Shown: piece after piece, positions 19,402-29,252 of the stretch | Layout: every line of letters starts with the position of its first letter | How positions within the stretch are numbered: position 1 is the first letter of the stretch | From: an uncultured Acidobacteriota bacterium | Lineage (GTDB): Bacteria > Acidobacteriota > Thermoanaerobaculia > UBA5066 > Gp7-AA6 | Assembly (NCBI GenBank): GCA_963805495.1 | Contig: CAWDUQ010000001.1 | Coordinates: forward strand, 429,409 to 493,408 | Direction: 5' to 3' | DNA length: 64,000 nt | Position numbers and translations under genes: made by a program | The notes under the pieces: model-generated | Seen by the model: the letters and a program-made list of their open reading frames with translations, nothing else | What the model was told of the DNA's origin: nothing | Database searches by the model: none

Positions 19402-20595
19402 ATGGAGACTTCGGAGCAAGAGCGGGCGGGTCGCCGCCGTCCCCTGCGGTGGGCCCTGGGCGCCGCGGCGCTCCTGCTTCTCGCCATCCTGCTGACGGCG
19501 CTGGCGCGGCCCCGGGGGGTCCCGGTCCAGGTCGTCGGCGTCAAGCGCGGCGACCTGATCGTGCCGGTCCAGTGCGACGGGACGCTCGAGCCTCCGCCCG
19601 GCGGTGAGCTGCGCTCGCCCGAAAACGCGACGGTCGCCGAGGTCGCGGCCCGGGACGGCGATCGGGTCGCGACGGGAACGCCGCTCTTGCGGCTGGAGAA
19701 CGCGGAGCTCTCGCAGAAGGCGCTCGACGCGCGTTCGGAGGCATTGCGCCTGGCGGCCGATCGCGCGAGTGCCGAGGCCGAGCTCGCCGATCTCGCCCGC
19801 GAGGAGAAGCACCGGCGCGAGGTCTTCGAGGCGGACGGGCGCCTGCTGGCGTCGGGTGCCATCTCGCGGGCGGCCGCCGAGGGCGACGAGCGGGCCCTTC
19901 GTCAGGCGGAGGACAATCTTCGCGCGGCCCGGACGCGGCTCGGCGGCCTGGACGGTCCCATGTCGCGTCTGGCCCTGGCCGAGAAGGCGGCGGACGAGCT
20001 CGGCCGGCGCGTCGAGGCGTTGAGCTTCCGCGCGCCGTGGGCGGGTGTCGTCTACGGCCTGCCCCGCCGCGTCGGGGAGATCGTCGCGGCCGGCCAGGTC
20101 GTCGCGAGTGTCGTCGACGCCGAGCACCGCCGCCTCCGTGCCCGCGTCGACCAGCCGGACCTTCCGCGCGTCGCGAAGGGCCAGCGCGTCATCGTCGCCT
20201 TCGACGGCCTCCCGCGCGAGCGCTGGGAAGGCCGCGTGATCTTCGTGTCCCCGGGGCTCTCCCAGGTGGGCGGCCGCGAGGTCGGAGAGGTCCTCGGCGA
20301 AGTCGACGATCCCGGGGGGGAGCTTCCGACCAATGCCGCGGTCGAAGTCCAGATCGTGACCGGGGAAAAGAGCGACACGCTCGTCGTGCCCCGGGCCGCC
20401 GTGCTCCGCGACGGCGAGCGGCGCTACGTCTACCTGCTCGAGAAGGGGCGGGCGCGCCGGCGGGAAGTCCAGGTGGGGCTCTCCGGCTTGAACGACGTCG
20501 AGATCGCCTCCGGGGTCTCCGAAAAGGACGCCGTCATCCTTCCGGGCTCCACGACCCTGTCCGAGGGACTGCGGGTCCGCTCCGGCGGAGCGTAG
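19402..20595 (+). CDS. Efflux periplasmic adaptor (MacA/HlyD-like)
   Basis: N-terminal TM, lipoyl-like halves, coiled coil, VPRAAV, VQVGLSG...EIASGV. Confidence 0.85.
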   Translation: METSEQERAGRRRPLRWALGAAALLLLAILLTALARPRGVPVQVVGVKRGDLIVPVQCDGTLEPPPGGELRSPENATVAEVAARDGDRVATGTPLLRLENAELSQKALDARSEALRLAADRASAEAELADLAREEKHRREVFEADGRLLASGAISRAAAEGDERALRQAEDNLRAARTRLGGLDGPMSRLALAEKAADELGRRVEALSFRAPWAGVVYGLPRRVGEIVAAGQVVASVVDAEHRRLRARVDQPDLPRVAKGQRVIVAFDGLPRERWEGRVIFVSPGLSQVGGREVGEVLGEVDDPGGELPTNAAVEVQIVTGEKSDTLVVPRAAVLRDGERRYVYLLEKGRARRREVQVGLSGLNDVEIASGVSEKDAVILPGSTTLSEGLRVRSGGA

Positions 20596-20616
20596 GCGGT
20601 CCGAAAGCCCCGATCC

Positions 20617-21822
20617 ATGTTCAACCGCGAAGTCTTCGGGATGGCGCTCGACCGGTTCCGGAAGCACCCGGTGCAGACTTCGCTCACGCTCGCGGGCCTC
20701 GTCGTCGGCACCGCTGCGATCATCCTCGTCGTCAGCCTCGGGCTGACCGGGAGGCAGTACGTGCTGCGCCAGATCGAGGGCGTCGGCTCGCGCCTGGTCT
20801 GGGCGAACTACCGCGGCACCGTCAGCTCCGGTGTCTCGCGCGTCGCGGACGACGTCATGACGGACACGGACGTCAAGGCGATCGCCGCCCGGAGCGACCT
20901 GTTTTCGGGCGTCACGGGCATCGTGACGATCCGCGGGAACGTGACCGTCCAGTCCCAGTCGAAGACGCTGACGGTCCTCGGCGTGATGCCGAACTACGGG
21001 GAAGTCCGCAAGAACATGCGGATCCTGAGGGGCCGGTTCATCGACGACGACGACGCGCTCGAGCGCGCGCGGGTCTGCGTCGTGAACCGGGACCTCTACG
21101 ACCAGCTCTTCGCCAACGACGAATCGGCGGACAAGACGATCCGCACGCTCGGCACGACCTTCCAGGTCATCGGCGAATTCGAGGAACCCGTCGACACGCT
21201 GGGCCGCGGCGAGGTCGTCCCGGAGACGATCCTCATCCCGATCACGGTGGCCTGGTACTACACGCCGACCCGCCAGCTGAAGACGCTCTTCGCCGAGACC
21301 CGGGACTTCGAGGCCCTGCCGGCCGCCGTCGACGCGGTCCGGGAGATCCTGCGCGAGCGCCACCGCCCGGGATCGGTGTACGAGGTCGAAAGCATGACGA
21401 CGGTGGTGCGCCTGGCGCGCGCGATCTCGGTCGCCCTCATCGTCGTCTTCATCCTCGCGGCCGCGGTCTCGGTCGTCGTCGGCGGCGTCGGGATCATGAA
21501 CATCCTGCTCGCCTCGGTCGAGCAGCGGACGCGGGAGATCGGCGTGCGCATGTCGGTCGGCGCCCGCCGGAGGGACATCCTGGGGCAGTTTCTCTTCGAG
21601 GCCCTTGCCCTGGGCGTCGCCGGGGCCTCGATCGGCGTCGCGATCGGCGTCGGACTGCCGTACCTGTCGAGCCTTCTCGTCAAGGGCGTCGACATCCAGG
21701 TCTCGGTCCTCTCGGCCGTCCTCGCGTTTACCTTCTCGTGTGCCGTGGCAGTCGTTTTCGGCGCGGTACCGGCGTACCGCGCATCGAGCTTGAATCCGTC
21801 GGAGGCGCTTCACCATGAATAG
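20617..21822 (+). CDS. MacB-like ABC transporter permease
   Basis: VGGVGIMNILLASVEQRTREIGVRMSVGARRRDILGQFLFEA, PAYRASSLNPSEAL. Confidence 0.9.
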   Translation: MFNREVFGMALDRFRKHPVQTSLTLAGLVVGTAAIILVVSLGLTGRQYVLRQIEGVGSRLVWANYRGTVSSGVSRVADDVMTDTDVKAIAARSDLFSGVTGIVTIRGNVTVQSQSKTLTVLGVMPNYGEVRKNMRILRGRFIDDDDALERARVCVVNRDLYDQLFANDESADKTIRTLGTTFQVIGEFEEPVDTLGRGEVVPETILIPITVAWYYTPTRQLKTLFAETRDFEALPAAVDAVREILRERHRPGSVYEVESMTTVVRLARAISVALIVVFILAAAVSVVVGGVGIMNILLASVEQRTREIGVRMSVGARRRDILGQFLFEALALGVAGASIGVAIGVGLPYLSSLLVKGVDIQVSVLSAVLAFTFSCAVAVVFGAVPAYRASSLNPSEALHHE

Positions 21823-23143
21823 TCGCTGGATCGTTCGTTTCGCCGTGCTCGTCGTGTCGGCCCCCGCCGCGCTCCTGGCGCAGGCCGCCGGGCCGGAGCC
21901 GCTGAGTCTGCGCCAGGCCGTCGAGCTCGCGCTGGAGCGGGCCCCGCAGCTCGCGTCCGTGCGGGCCGCGCGCGAGGAGGGCGCGGCCTCGGCCGCCCTC
22001 GCCCGCGACGCCTTCCATCCCGCGGCGTACTTTTCGACGACGCCCGGATACACCTACGGCCTGCCGACGACCGTGGCGGGGCAGGTGCCCGCGATCGCGT
22101 CCGTCGAGATCCGCCAGACGATCTACGACAAGAACCGGAGGTCCGTGGCACTCCAGGCGCAGGCGACCGAGTCGGCCCTCGACGCGTCGCTCGCGCAGAC
22201 CTGCCGGTCGACGATCGAGGCCGTCGTCGGCGCCTACGCCCGGTCGTTTCTCGACGGAATGCAGGTCGAGGCCGCGCGGCGGCGGCTGGACGCCTCGGAG
22301 AGGATGGCCGGGCGGATCACCGCGCTCTTCGAGGAAGGCCGGCGCAGGCAGCTCGACGTCGAGCGCGCGACGCTGTCGGCGGCCCGCGCGCGCCAGAAGC
22401 TCCTCAACGCGGAATCGGACCGGGACCTTTCCGAGCTCGAGTTGAAGCGTCTCATCGGCTGGCCGGGCAGCTCCCCGCTCCGGTTGGCCGGCGACCCGGA
22501 GGCGGTCATACCCGAGCTGCAGCAGACGGAGAACCTCACCGTCGCGCTGGCCGCGGACCCCGGGCTCAAGGCGCTCGGCCGCGAAGTGGAGCTCCTCGGC
22601 GAGTCGGCGAGCGTCGAGTCGAAGCGCTGGCTGCCGGTCATCGAGGCCTCGGCCCACTACCAGCGGCTGGCGAAGTTCAACAACTACGACGACTACTACC
22701 TGTCGTTCACCCCCAACTCCGTGGCGGTCGGGGTGTCCGTCCTGCTGCCGCTCTGGACGGGCGGCCGGTTCGACGACGGGCAACGGCAGGCGCGCGCGCG
22801 GCTCGACCGCGCGGAAGCGGACCTGCGCGTGCGCCACGGCGACGTCGCGATGGAAGTGCGGCGGGCCGAGGCTGCCGTGGCCCGCGCGACCGCCGAGAAG
22901 AGCCTGTCCCGGCGGGCCCGGGGCATCGCCGACCAGACCCGCTCGGCCGAAGAGATGCTGGTCCGCGAGGGCCGGAGCGAGCCGATCGATCTCGACGCGA
23001 GCGACATCGCCCTGGCGGACTCCGACGAGGAGGCCGCGCGCGCCAGCCTCGACTCCGTTCTCGAGCGGGTGCGCCTGCTGTCGCTGCGGGGGGAGCTCGG
23101 GACCGCGCTTCTCGGCGTCGAGCCTCCCTGCTCGGTGGAGTAG
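21815..23143 (+). CDS. TolC-family outer membrane efflux protein
   Basis: Signal peptide, LSLRQAVELALERAP, LPLWTGG; overlaps the permease stop. Confidence 0.8.
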   Translation: MNSRWIVRFAVLVVSAPAALLAQAAGPEPLSLRQAVELALERAPQLASVRAAREEGAASAALARDAFHPAAYFSTTPGYTYGLPTTVAGQVPAIASVEIRQTIYDKNRRSVALQAQATESALDASLAQTCRSTIEAVVGAYARSFLDGMQVEAARRRLDASERMAGRITALFEEGRRRQLDVERATLSAARARQKLLNAESDRDLSELELKRLIGWPGSSPLRLAGDPEAVIPELQQTENLTVALAADPGLKALGREVELLGESASVESKRWLPVIEASAHYQRLAKFNNYDDYYLSFTPNSVAVGVSVLLPLWTGGRFDDGQRQARARLDRAEADLRVRHGDVAMEVRRAEAAVARATAEKSLSRRARGIADQTRSAEEMLVREGRSEPIDLDASDIALADSDEEAARASLDSVLERVRLLSLRGELGTALLGVEPPCSVE

Positions 23144-23163
23144 GGGCGGGGCTTGCCCCGCCC
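23140..23163 (+). repeat. GTAG-type REP palindrome overlapping the TolC stop codon
   Basis: GTAG-GGGCGGGGC-TT-GCCCCGCCC; near-identical copy on the minus strand at 58712-58736. Confidence 0.65.
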
Positions 23164-23170
23164 CTCCGCG

Positions 23171-24125
23171 TCAGCGAGGCGGGGCGGGAGTGGTCGCCGT
23201 CGCCGCGGGTGCCTCTGCGGCCGTGCGGTTGGCGGCGAGGAGCTTGGCGAGGACTTCGTCGTAGTACGGCTTCTCGCGCAGCCCCGCGTACTTGCCCGGG
23301 AAATAGGCGACCGTGACGTCGGCGAGGCCCGCCCCGGCGTCGAAGGCGTTCAGGACGACGGCGAGACGTTGATCGTGCGGCAGGCGGATGTTGTCGATCA
23401 TCGGGAAATCGAAGTACGCCAGCCAGAACTCGGTGGCCGTGGTGTCGGCCCGTCCGTTCTCCTCGGTCCGGACCGTGACGCGCAGTTGCACCTGCTCGAG
23501 GTCGGGATTGACTCCCAGCACCTCGAGCCGGAAGTTGCGCCGGATCCCGTTGACCTCGAGGTCCCGGGCGATGAACGGGACCTCGCCGTTGCCGTCGGGG
23601 GACGGGAAAGGTGAGGGTCTTCGTGTTCACCGTGGCGTCGAAGGTCGCCCCGCCCTCTTCGATGACGAGCATCTGCTTCTTGGCGACCTCCTCGGCCACG
23701 CGCGCGAGACGGGCGAGGTATTCGCGACGCTGCGGGCTCTGTCGCGCCTGGCGCTCGATGTGGAGGAAGAGCGGCTTGAGGTTGAGGGACTCGTGGAAGT
23801 TGTAGACGAGAAGCTCGAGGTTCAGGAGCCTCTGGTCGAGCGTCTGCGGCCCGGCGCCCAGAAAGGACGAGATGATCGACGTGAACATGTCCTTGCGAAG
23901 CGCGCTCTCGGACTCTTCGCGCCGGCTGATCAGCTCCGAGTAGAGGCGGGCGTTGGTGTCGGCCGTCTGCATGCGCTCGCGCAGCTCGGCCTCACGGTGC
24001 TCGCGCTCGCGCAGATACGAGGATGTCCAGAAGCCGAGCACCGCCACGGCGAGCGCCGTCAGGAGCCCGCCGACCGGATGCAGCAGGATCGAGGCCTTGT
24101 CCCAGGCGTCGCGCTTCTCGGCCAT
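23171..24125 (-). CDS. Hypothetical membrane-anchored coiled-coil protein (frameshift in G5 run 23597-23601)
   Basis: MAEKRDAWDK + TM + coiled coil; removing one base joins ...TFPVP to DGNGEVPF...FDFPMIDN...LREKPYYDEV; ATG overlaps the upstream TAA. Confidence 0.7.
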
Positions 24126-24454
24126 TACTTCCTGGACAGCGAGATCTTGCCCGCCTGTTCCGTGACCGCGAGGTCGTAGCGGCTGGGCTTCTCGAAGACC
24201 GCGACGCCGAGCGAGGCCGTCCCGCCCTTGTAGTCGATCGAGAGCTTGCACTGGCCGCTCGCCGCGATCTTCAGGCTGTAGCCGCCGAACTCGTCCGTCG
24301 ATGCCGCCGCCGTCGTGCCGCCGCAGTCGAGCTTCAGGGCGACGCCCTTGGCGACGGGCTTGTCGTTTTCGCTGACCGTGCCGTGGATCTCGGCTGCCGA
24401 AAGACCCGCGGCGACAGCCAACCCGAGGACCGCCAATCCCATTCGTCTCATCAT
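24125..24454 (-). CDS. Small secreted beta-sandwich-like protein
   Basis: GAGGTG RBS, signal peptide, IHGTVS...STDEFGGYSL, two Cys. Confidence 0.7.
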   Translation of the reverse strand: MMRRMGLAVLGLAVAAGLSAAEIHGTVSENDKPVAKGVALKLDCGGTTAAASTDEFGGYSLKIAASGQCKLSIDYKGGTASLGVAVFEKPSRYDLAVTEQAGKISLSRK

Positions 24455-24595
24455 GACCTCACCTCCGTGCCGAAGGGCTAACCCGAAACCGACCAGAGTG
24501 CATTCCAAACGCGTGACCGCTGCTTCCCGGCGTGACCGGCCGCACACGACGCCCGCGCCGGGCGCTCGAGGCGGTGTGGGAGAATTCAACGAAAA

Positions 24596-27160
24596 ATGAC
24601 CCGGCGTTTTCTGTCGCGCCTCTTCGCCATCGCGGCCCTCGCCGCAGTCTATGTCGCCGCGGCCCGGCTCGGGCTCTCGCTCGCGTTTCTGCACCCGAGC
24701 GCGACACCGGTCTGGGCGCCGACAGGCATCGCCCTGGCGGCGCTTCTGATCCTGGGCTACGGCGTCTGGCCGGGGGTCTTCGTCGGCGCCCTGGCGGCGA
24801 ACCTCTGGGTCTCGGGCGCGCTCGGGCCCTCTCTGGGGATTGCCGTCGGGAATACGCTCGAAAGCGTCGTCGGCGTGTGGCTCGTGAACCGGTTTGCGGG
24901 CGGCCGCCACGCATTCGAACGGCCGCGCGACATCTTCCGCTTCGCCTGGCTCGCGGCGGGAATGGCCACGGTGTTGAGCTCGACCCTCGGCACCCTGAGT
25001 CTCTGTCTGGGGGGCCTCGCCCCATGGACGAACTTCGGGCCGATCTGGCTGACCTGGTGGCTGGGCGATTCCTCCGGCGCCATTCTCGTGACGCCGGTCC
25101 TTCTGACCTGGACGCCGCGCGGCCCTGCTCGCGGAGCGTCCGAGCGGCTCGAGACGGGCCTCCTTCTTCTCGGCGTCGTTCTGGTCGGGCTGATCGTCTT
25201 TGGGGGCCTCGTCCCTACGCCGGCGAGCGACCTGCCGCTCGAGTTTCTCTGCCTGCCGCTGCTCGTGACGATCGCCTTCCGGCTGGGAGTCCGCGAAGCC
25301 GCGCTCGCGAACGTCCTGCTCGCCGTCGTGGCGATCTCCTGCACGCTGCGCGGGACGGGCCCTTTCCACCGGCCCGACTTCAACGAGTCGCTCCTGCTTC
25401 TCCAGTCCTTCGCGTGCGTCGTGGCGCTGACGACGGCGGCCCTCGCCGCGGTCGTCTCGGAGCGGCGTCGCGTGACGCAGTTCGCGGCCATGCTCGAATC
25501 AGCCGTCGACGGTGCGGTCGAAGGCGTCGTCATCCTCTCGGGCGGCCGCTCGTCCTCGCGGCCGCGGATCACGTTCGCCAACGGCGGCTTTCTGCGAATG
25601 ACCGGCCTGACGCGCGCCGACGTCCTGGGAAAGCCGCTCGACGTACTGAGCGTTTCTCCGGTGGAGATCCTCGCGGAGGCGAGGCGGGCGTTTGCCGTCG
25701 GTGACGGGCTCCAGCGTGAGTTCGTCGTTCGGCGCGCCGACCGCTCCGAGCTGGCCGTCGAGCTGCAGTTGATGCCCGTGAGTCGCCGCGAGGCCGGGTC
25801 GATCTCCTGGATCGCGATCTTGCGCGACGTCAGCGAGCGCCGGCAGCACGTCGCGGCCCTCGAGCACCAGGCCATGCACGATTCCCTGACGGGCCTGCCG
25901 AACCGCCTGCTGCTGCACGATCGCCTGGAGCAGACGCTCCGCGGGGCCCGCCGGGAGGGCGGCTCGCTCGCCGTCCTGCTGATCGATCTCGACGGCTTCA
26001 AGGAGATCAACGATTCCTACGGCCACGCGGTCGGCGACGGCGTTCTCGCGCAGGTCGGGCCCCGGCTCCGCGCGGTCCTGCGCTCGGTCGACACGATCGC
26101 GCGATACGGCGGCGACGAGTTCGTCGTGCTCCTTCCGGCGTCGGGAGGACGGACCCACGCCGGCCGTACCGCCGAGAAGATCCTCGAGACCCTCGAAACG
26201 CCGTTCGTCGTGAACGAGCACACTCTCGAGATCTCGGCCTCGATCGGCATCGCGCTCTCCCCCGAGCACGGCACCGACGGGTCGGTGCTCCTGCGGTCGG
26301 CCGACGTCGCGATGTACGCCGCCAAGCGCTCGAGCAACGGATACGCCGTCTACTCGGCGCAGGAGGACGTCTTCTCCCGGAGCCGGCTGGTCCTGCTGGA
26401 GGAGCTGCGCCACGGCCTCCAGGCCGGCGAGTTCTTCCTCGTGTACCAGCCGGAGGTCGATCTGCGCACGGGACGCCTCGAGCGGGTCGAGGCGCTGGTG
26501 CGATGGCGGCATCCGCAGCGGGGGCTCGTGTTGCCGGACGAGTTCATCTCCGGGGCCGAGCGGGTCGGCCTGATCCGCGAGCTGACGGACTGGGTCCTCG
26601 AAACGAGCCTGCGTCAGTGCGCCGAGTGGAGGGCGGCCGGCGCCGTCGTGCCGATCGCCGTCAACGCGTCCGTGCGGATCCTCCGCGACAGCGGCCTCGC
26701 CGAGCGTGTTCGCCGCCTTCTCGAGCGGCTGCGCCTCGACCCGAACGTCCTGACGTTCGAGATCACCGAGAGCGTCACGGCCGAGCCCCTGCACGCCCTC
26801 TCGACGCTGGCCGAGCTGCGCGAGGCCGGAGTGCGCCTCGCGATCGACGATTTCGGCGTCGGCTCGCTGTCTCTCCGGACGCTCAAGCAGCTCCCGGTCG
26901 ACGAGATCAAGATCGACCGGTCCTTCGTCACGGGGATGGAGACGCAGGAGGCGAACGCGGCCGTCGTCCGCTCCGTGATCGACCTCGCGCATCACCTGGG
27001 CTGCCGGGCCGTCGCCGAGGGTGTGGAGACACCGGGAGAATGGGAGCGGCTCGCCGCGCTCGGCTGCGATCTCGTCCAGGGCCACTTCGTCAGCCCGCCG
27101 CTGCCGGCCGACGAGGTCGTCCGCTGGATGGCCGAGCCCCACCCGCTCGCCCGCCGCTGA
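24596..27160 (+). CDS. MASE1-PAS-GGDEF-EAL diguanylate cyclase/phosphodiesterase
   Basis: MASE1 motifs VWAPTGIALA and WWLGD; PAS; HDSLTGLPNR, RSVD I-site, YGGDEF; VEALVRW, IDDFG, AEGVE. Confidence 0.93.
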   Translation: MTRRFLSRLFAIAALAAVYVAAARLGLSLAFLHPSATPVWAPTGIALAALLILGYGVWPGVFVGALAANLWVSGALGPSLGIAVGNTLESVVGVWLVNRFAGGRHAFERPRDIFRFAWLAAGMATVLSSTLGTLSLCLGGLAPWTNFGPIWLTWWLGDSSGAILVTPVLLTWTPRGPARGASERLETGLLLLGVVLVGLIVFGGLVPTPASDLPLEFLCLPLLVTIAFRLGVREAALANVLLAVVAISCTLRGTGPFHRPDFNESLLLLQSFACVVALTTAALAAVVSERRRVTQFAAMLESAVDGAVEGVVILSGGRSSSRPRITFANGGFLRMTGLTRADVLGKPLDVLSVSPVEILAEARRAFAVGDGLQREFVVRRADRSELAVELQLMPVSRREAGSISWIAILRDVSERRQHVAALEHQAMHDSLTGLPNRLLLHDRLEQTLRGARREGGSLAVLLIDLDGFKEINDSYGHAVGDGVLAQVGPRLRAVLRSVDTIARYGGDEFVVLLPASGGRTHAGRTAEKILETLETPFVVNEHTLEISASIGIALSPEHGTDGSVLLRSADVAMYAAKRSSNGYAVYSAQEDVFSRSRLVLLEELRHGLQAGEFFLVYQPEVDLRTGRLERVEALVRWRHPQRGLVLPDEFISGAERVGLIRELTDWVLETSLRQCAEWRAAGAVVPIAVNASVRILRDSGLAERVRRLLERLRLDPNVLTFEITESVTAEPLHALSTLAELREAGVRLAIDDFGVGSLSLRTLKQLPVDEIKIDRSFVTGMETQEANAAVVRSVIDLAHHLGCRAVAEGVETPGEWERLAALGCDLVQGHFVSPPLPADEVVRWMAEPHPLARR

Positions 27161-27236
27161 TTCTTTACGCGGGATTCACGCGCTTCTCGCCGGCGGCGGT
27201 GCACTCTCGCCGTCCACCCGAAGGAGGAGCGCGAGG

Positions 27237-27434
27237 ATGCGAAACACGAGATCCATGGAATGGACCTGCCCGAAGTGCCGCACGCGGAACGCCCGGCCGA
27301 TTCCGGGGAACACGCCGGAGGGCAAGCTCATCGCCGTCCGCTGCGAGTCCTGCGGGGCCGCGTACTACGCCACGGCGATCGTGCGCACGCCGCCCGGCCG
27401 GCCGACCGCCGTTTACGGGGTGACCTGGGTCTAG
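27237..27434 (+). CDS. Small zinc-ribbon protein (copy A)
   Basis: AAGGAGGAG RBS; WTCPKC...CESC...YGVTWV; paralogues at 34546 and 37721. Confidence 0.75.
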   Translation: MRNTRSMEWTCPKCRTRNARPIPGNTPEGKLIAVRCESCGAAYYATAIVRTPPGRPTAVYGVTWV

Positions 27435-27591
27435 CTTTCCGTCGCCCGATTCTCGCCCCCGGCCCTCCCTGCTCCCCATCCCGGTCCTGGTTGCGTTATT
27501 TTTGGAAGGTCCCACCGGGAAGCGCAGCTCTTTGTCGTCTTGAGTCGGGGGTGCGAATCGGGACCCAATTACGGTCCCCGGGGAGGAATCG

Positions 27592-28773
27592 ATGAGCACG
27601 CGAACGACGAAGATTTGGTTCTGGGCGGCGGTCCTCGCGGCCCTCACGGCCGGAGTCGCGGCGGCCGGCAGCGGGGCATCCGGCGGAGACCGAAGCGACG
27701 CCCGATCGGCGCCGGAGCCGGCCGCTCCGGACAACCCGTTCGGTCCTCCACCCTGCACCGGCCAGGTGTTCGCGGACGTCACGTGCACGACGCCCTTCGA
27801 TCCCTGGATCGAGCTGTACGCGACCGACGAGATCACCGGGGGATGCGGCGGCGGCCTCTATTGCCCCGGCAACCCCGTGACGCGGGCCCAGATGGCCGTG
27901 TTCGTCGAGAAAGCGATGCGGGGAACGGCGTCGTGGAGCCCGGGCAACCTCGGCAATCGGAACACGGGTCTCGGGGCCTCGGCGCTCTTCAACAATGCGA
28001 CGGCGGGCGGGAACACGGCGATCGGCCAGCGCGCGCTCTTCGTTCAGTCGTTCGACAACAACGGGGGAGCCTGGGATTCCCTCAACACGGCCATCGGCCT
28101 GCAGGCCCTGGCGGACAACGAGCCGACGAGCACCGCTAACGGATACGGCAACACCGCCGTCGGCGCGTACGCCATGAACCTCAACACGACGGGGTTCCGC
28201 AACACGGCCCTCGGTTGGAGCGCGGGAGCGCGCGAGGGCCAGATGGTCACGGGATATGCGGGTTCCGACGTCGCGCTCGTGGCCAATCAGACGGGGAACT
28301 ACAACACCTTCGTCGGGCCGTCGGGCTCCACGACCCAGGTCGACAACTGCACCGCCGTCGGGGTGGACGCCTACTGCGACGGCACGAACCAGGTTCGCCT
28401 GGGCAACTTCTTCGTCAGCTCGATCGGCGGCAAGGTTGCGTGGAGCGCCCTCTCGGATGCCCGGGCGAAATCGGACATCCGGGACCTCGACCGGGGTCTC
28501 GATCTGGTTCTGGCACTGCGCCCGGTGTCGTACCGGTACAAGGGCGGCAACGGGCGAACCGACCTGGGCTTCGTCGCCCAGGACGTCGAGGAGCTGCTGG
28601 GCGACGGCTACAACGTCGTCGACGCCGGCGGCGACGCGGACCGCACGCTCTCGCTGCGTTACGCCGAGCTGATCGCGCCGCTGGTGAAGGCCGTCCAGGA
28701 GCAGCAGGCGCAGATCGAGGCCCTGCGCGGGGAGATCCGCGCCCTGCGGGGCCACGGCGCGAAGAGCGACTGA
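27592..28773 (+). CDS. Secreted fibre protein: single SLH-like repeat + NTAxG repeats + Peptidase_S74 chaperone (copy 1)
   Basis: Signal peptide; FADV...WIE...ITGGCGGGLYCPGNPVTRAQMAVF; NTAIG/NTAVG repeats; LSDARAK...LRPVSYRYK...GFVAQDVE...LRYAELIAPLVKAVQEQQ. Confidence 0.85.
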   Translation: MSTRTTKIWFWAAVLAALTAGVAAAGSGASGGDRSDARSAPEPAAPDNPFGPPPCTGQVFADVTCTTPFDPWIELYATDEITGGCGGGLYCPGNPVTRAQMAVFVEKAMRGTASWSPGNLGNRNTGLGASALFNNATAGGNTAIGQRALFVQSFDNNGGAWDSLNTAIGLQALADNEPTSTANGYGNTAVGAYAMNLNTTGFRNTALGWSAGAREGQMVTGYAGSDVALVANQTGNYNTFVGPSGSTTQVDNCTAVGVDAYCDGTNQVRLGNFFVSSIGGKVAWSALSDARAKSDIRDLDRGLDLVLALRPVSYRYKGGNGRTDLGFVAQDVEELLGDGYNVVDAGGDADRTLSLRYAELIAPLVKAVQEQQAQIEALRGEIRALRGHGAKSD

Positions 28774-28820
28774 GGGAAGACGGGCAGCCGCCGCGATTCG
28801 TCCGCGGCAACGAGACTGGG

Positions 28821-29252
28821 TCAGACCGTCTTGGTCATCCTGACGTGAGGGACGGTGAAGTCGACATATTCGCCGCCGACCACGGTGTAGCCCAGCTGTT
28901 CGTAAAACCCCTCGGCCGACGTGCGGGCGTTGAGTACGAAACTGTTGAAGCCGCGGCCCTGGAGATAGTTCTCGAGTTCACTCATGATGCGCCGCCCCAG
29001 CCCTTTTCGCTGATGTGAGGGCGAAACGGCCATCTGCCGGATCCTGGCCTCGGTGGGCGAGAGCCTGACCGCAACGACACAGGCCAGGAGGTCCTGGCTC
29101 GGCCCGAACAAGCCGAAGTGCAGCTGATTCTGCTCGCCGGTCAAGTCCTCGGGTCGCAAGGGAAGACCCAGGGGCCGGCGAAGGACTTCCTCCCGAAGCC
29201 GGCATTCGAGCTCGTACTCCGGTGTCCCGAAGATGATCTCTCTGAACTTCAT
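28821..29252 (-). CDS. GNAT N-acetyltransferase (ElaA/YjcF-like)
   Basis: LREEVLRRPLGL, RIRQMAVSPSHQRKGLGRRI, NARTSAEGFYEQLGY, PHVRMTK. Confidence 0.88.
   Translation of the reverse strand: MKFREIIFGTPEYELECRLREEVLRRPLGLPLRPEDLTGEQNQLHFGLFGPSQDLLACVVAVRLSPTEARIRQMAVSPSHQRKGLGRRIMSELENYLQGRGFNSFVLNARTSAEGFYEQLGYTVVGGEYVDFTVPHVRMTKTV

Noticed and set aside
27491-27591. c-di-GMP riboswitch next to the GGDEF-EAL gene
   Set aside because: I could not find the class I or class II consensus elements; kept only as an unassigned conserved leader.
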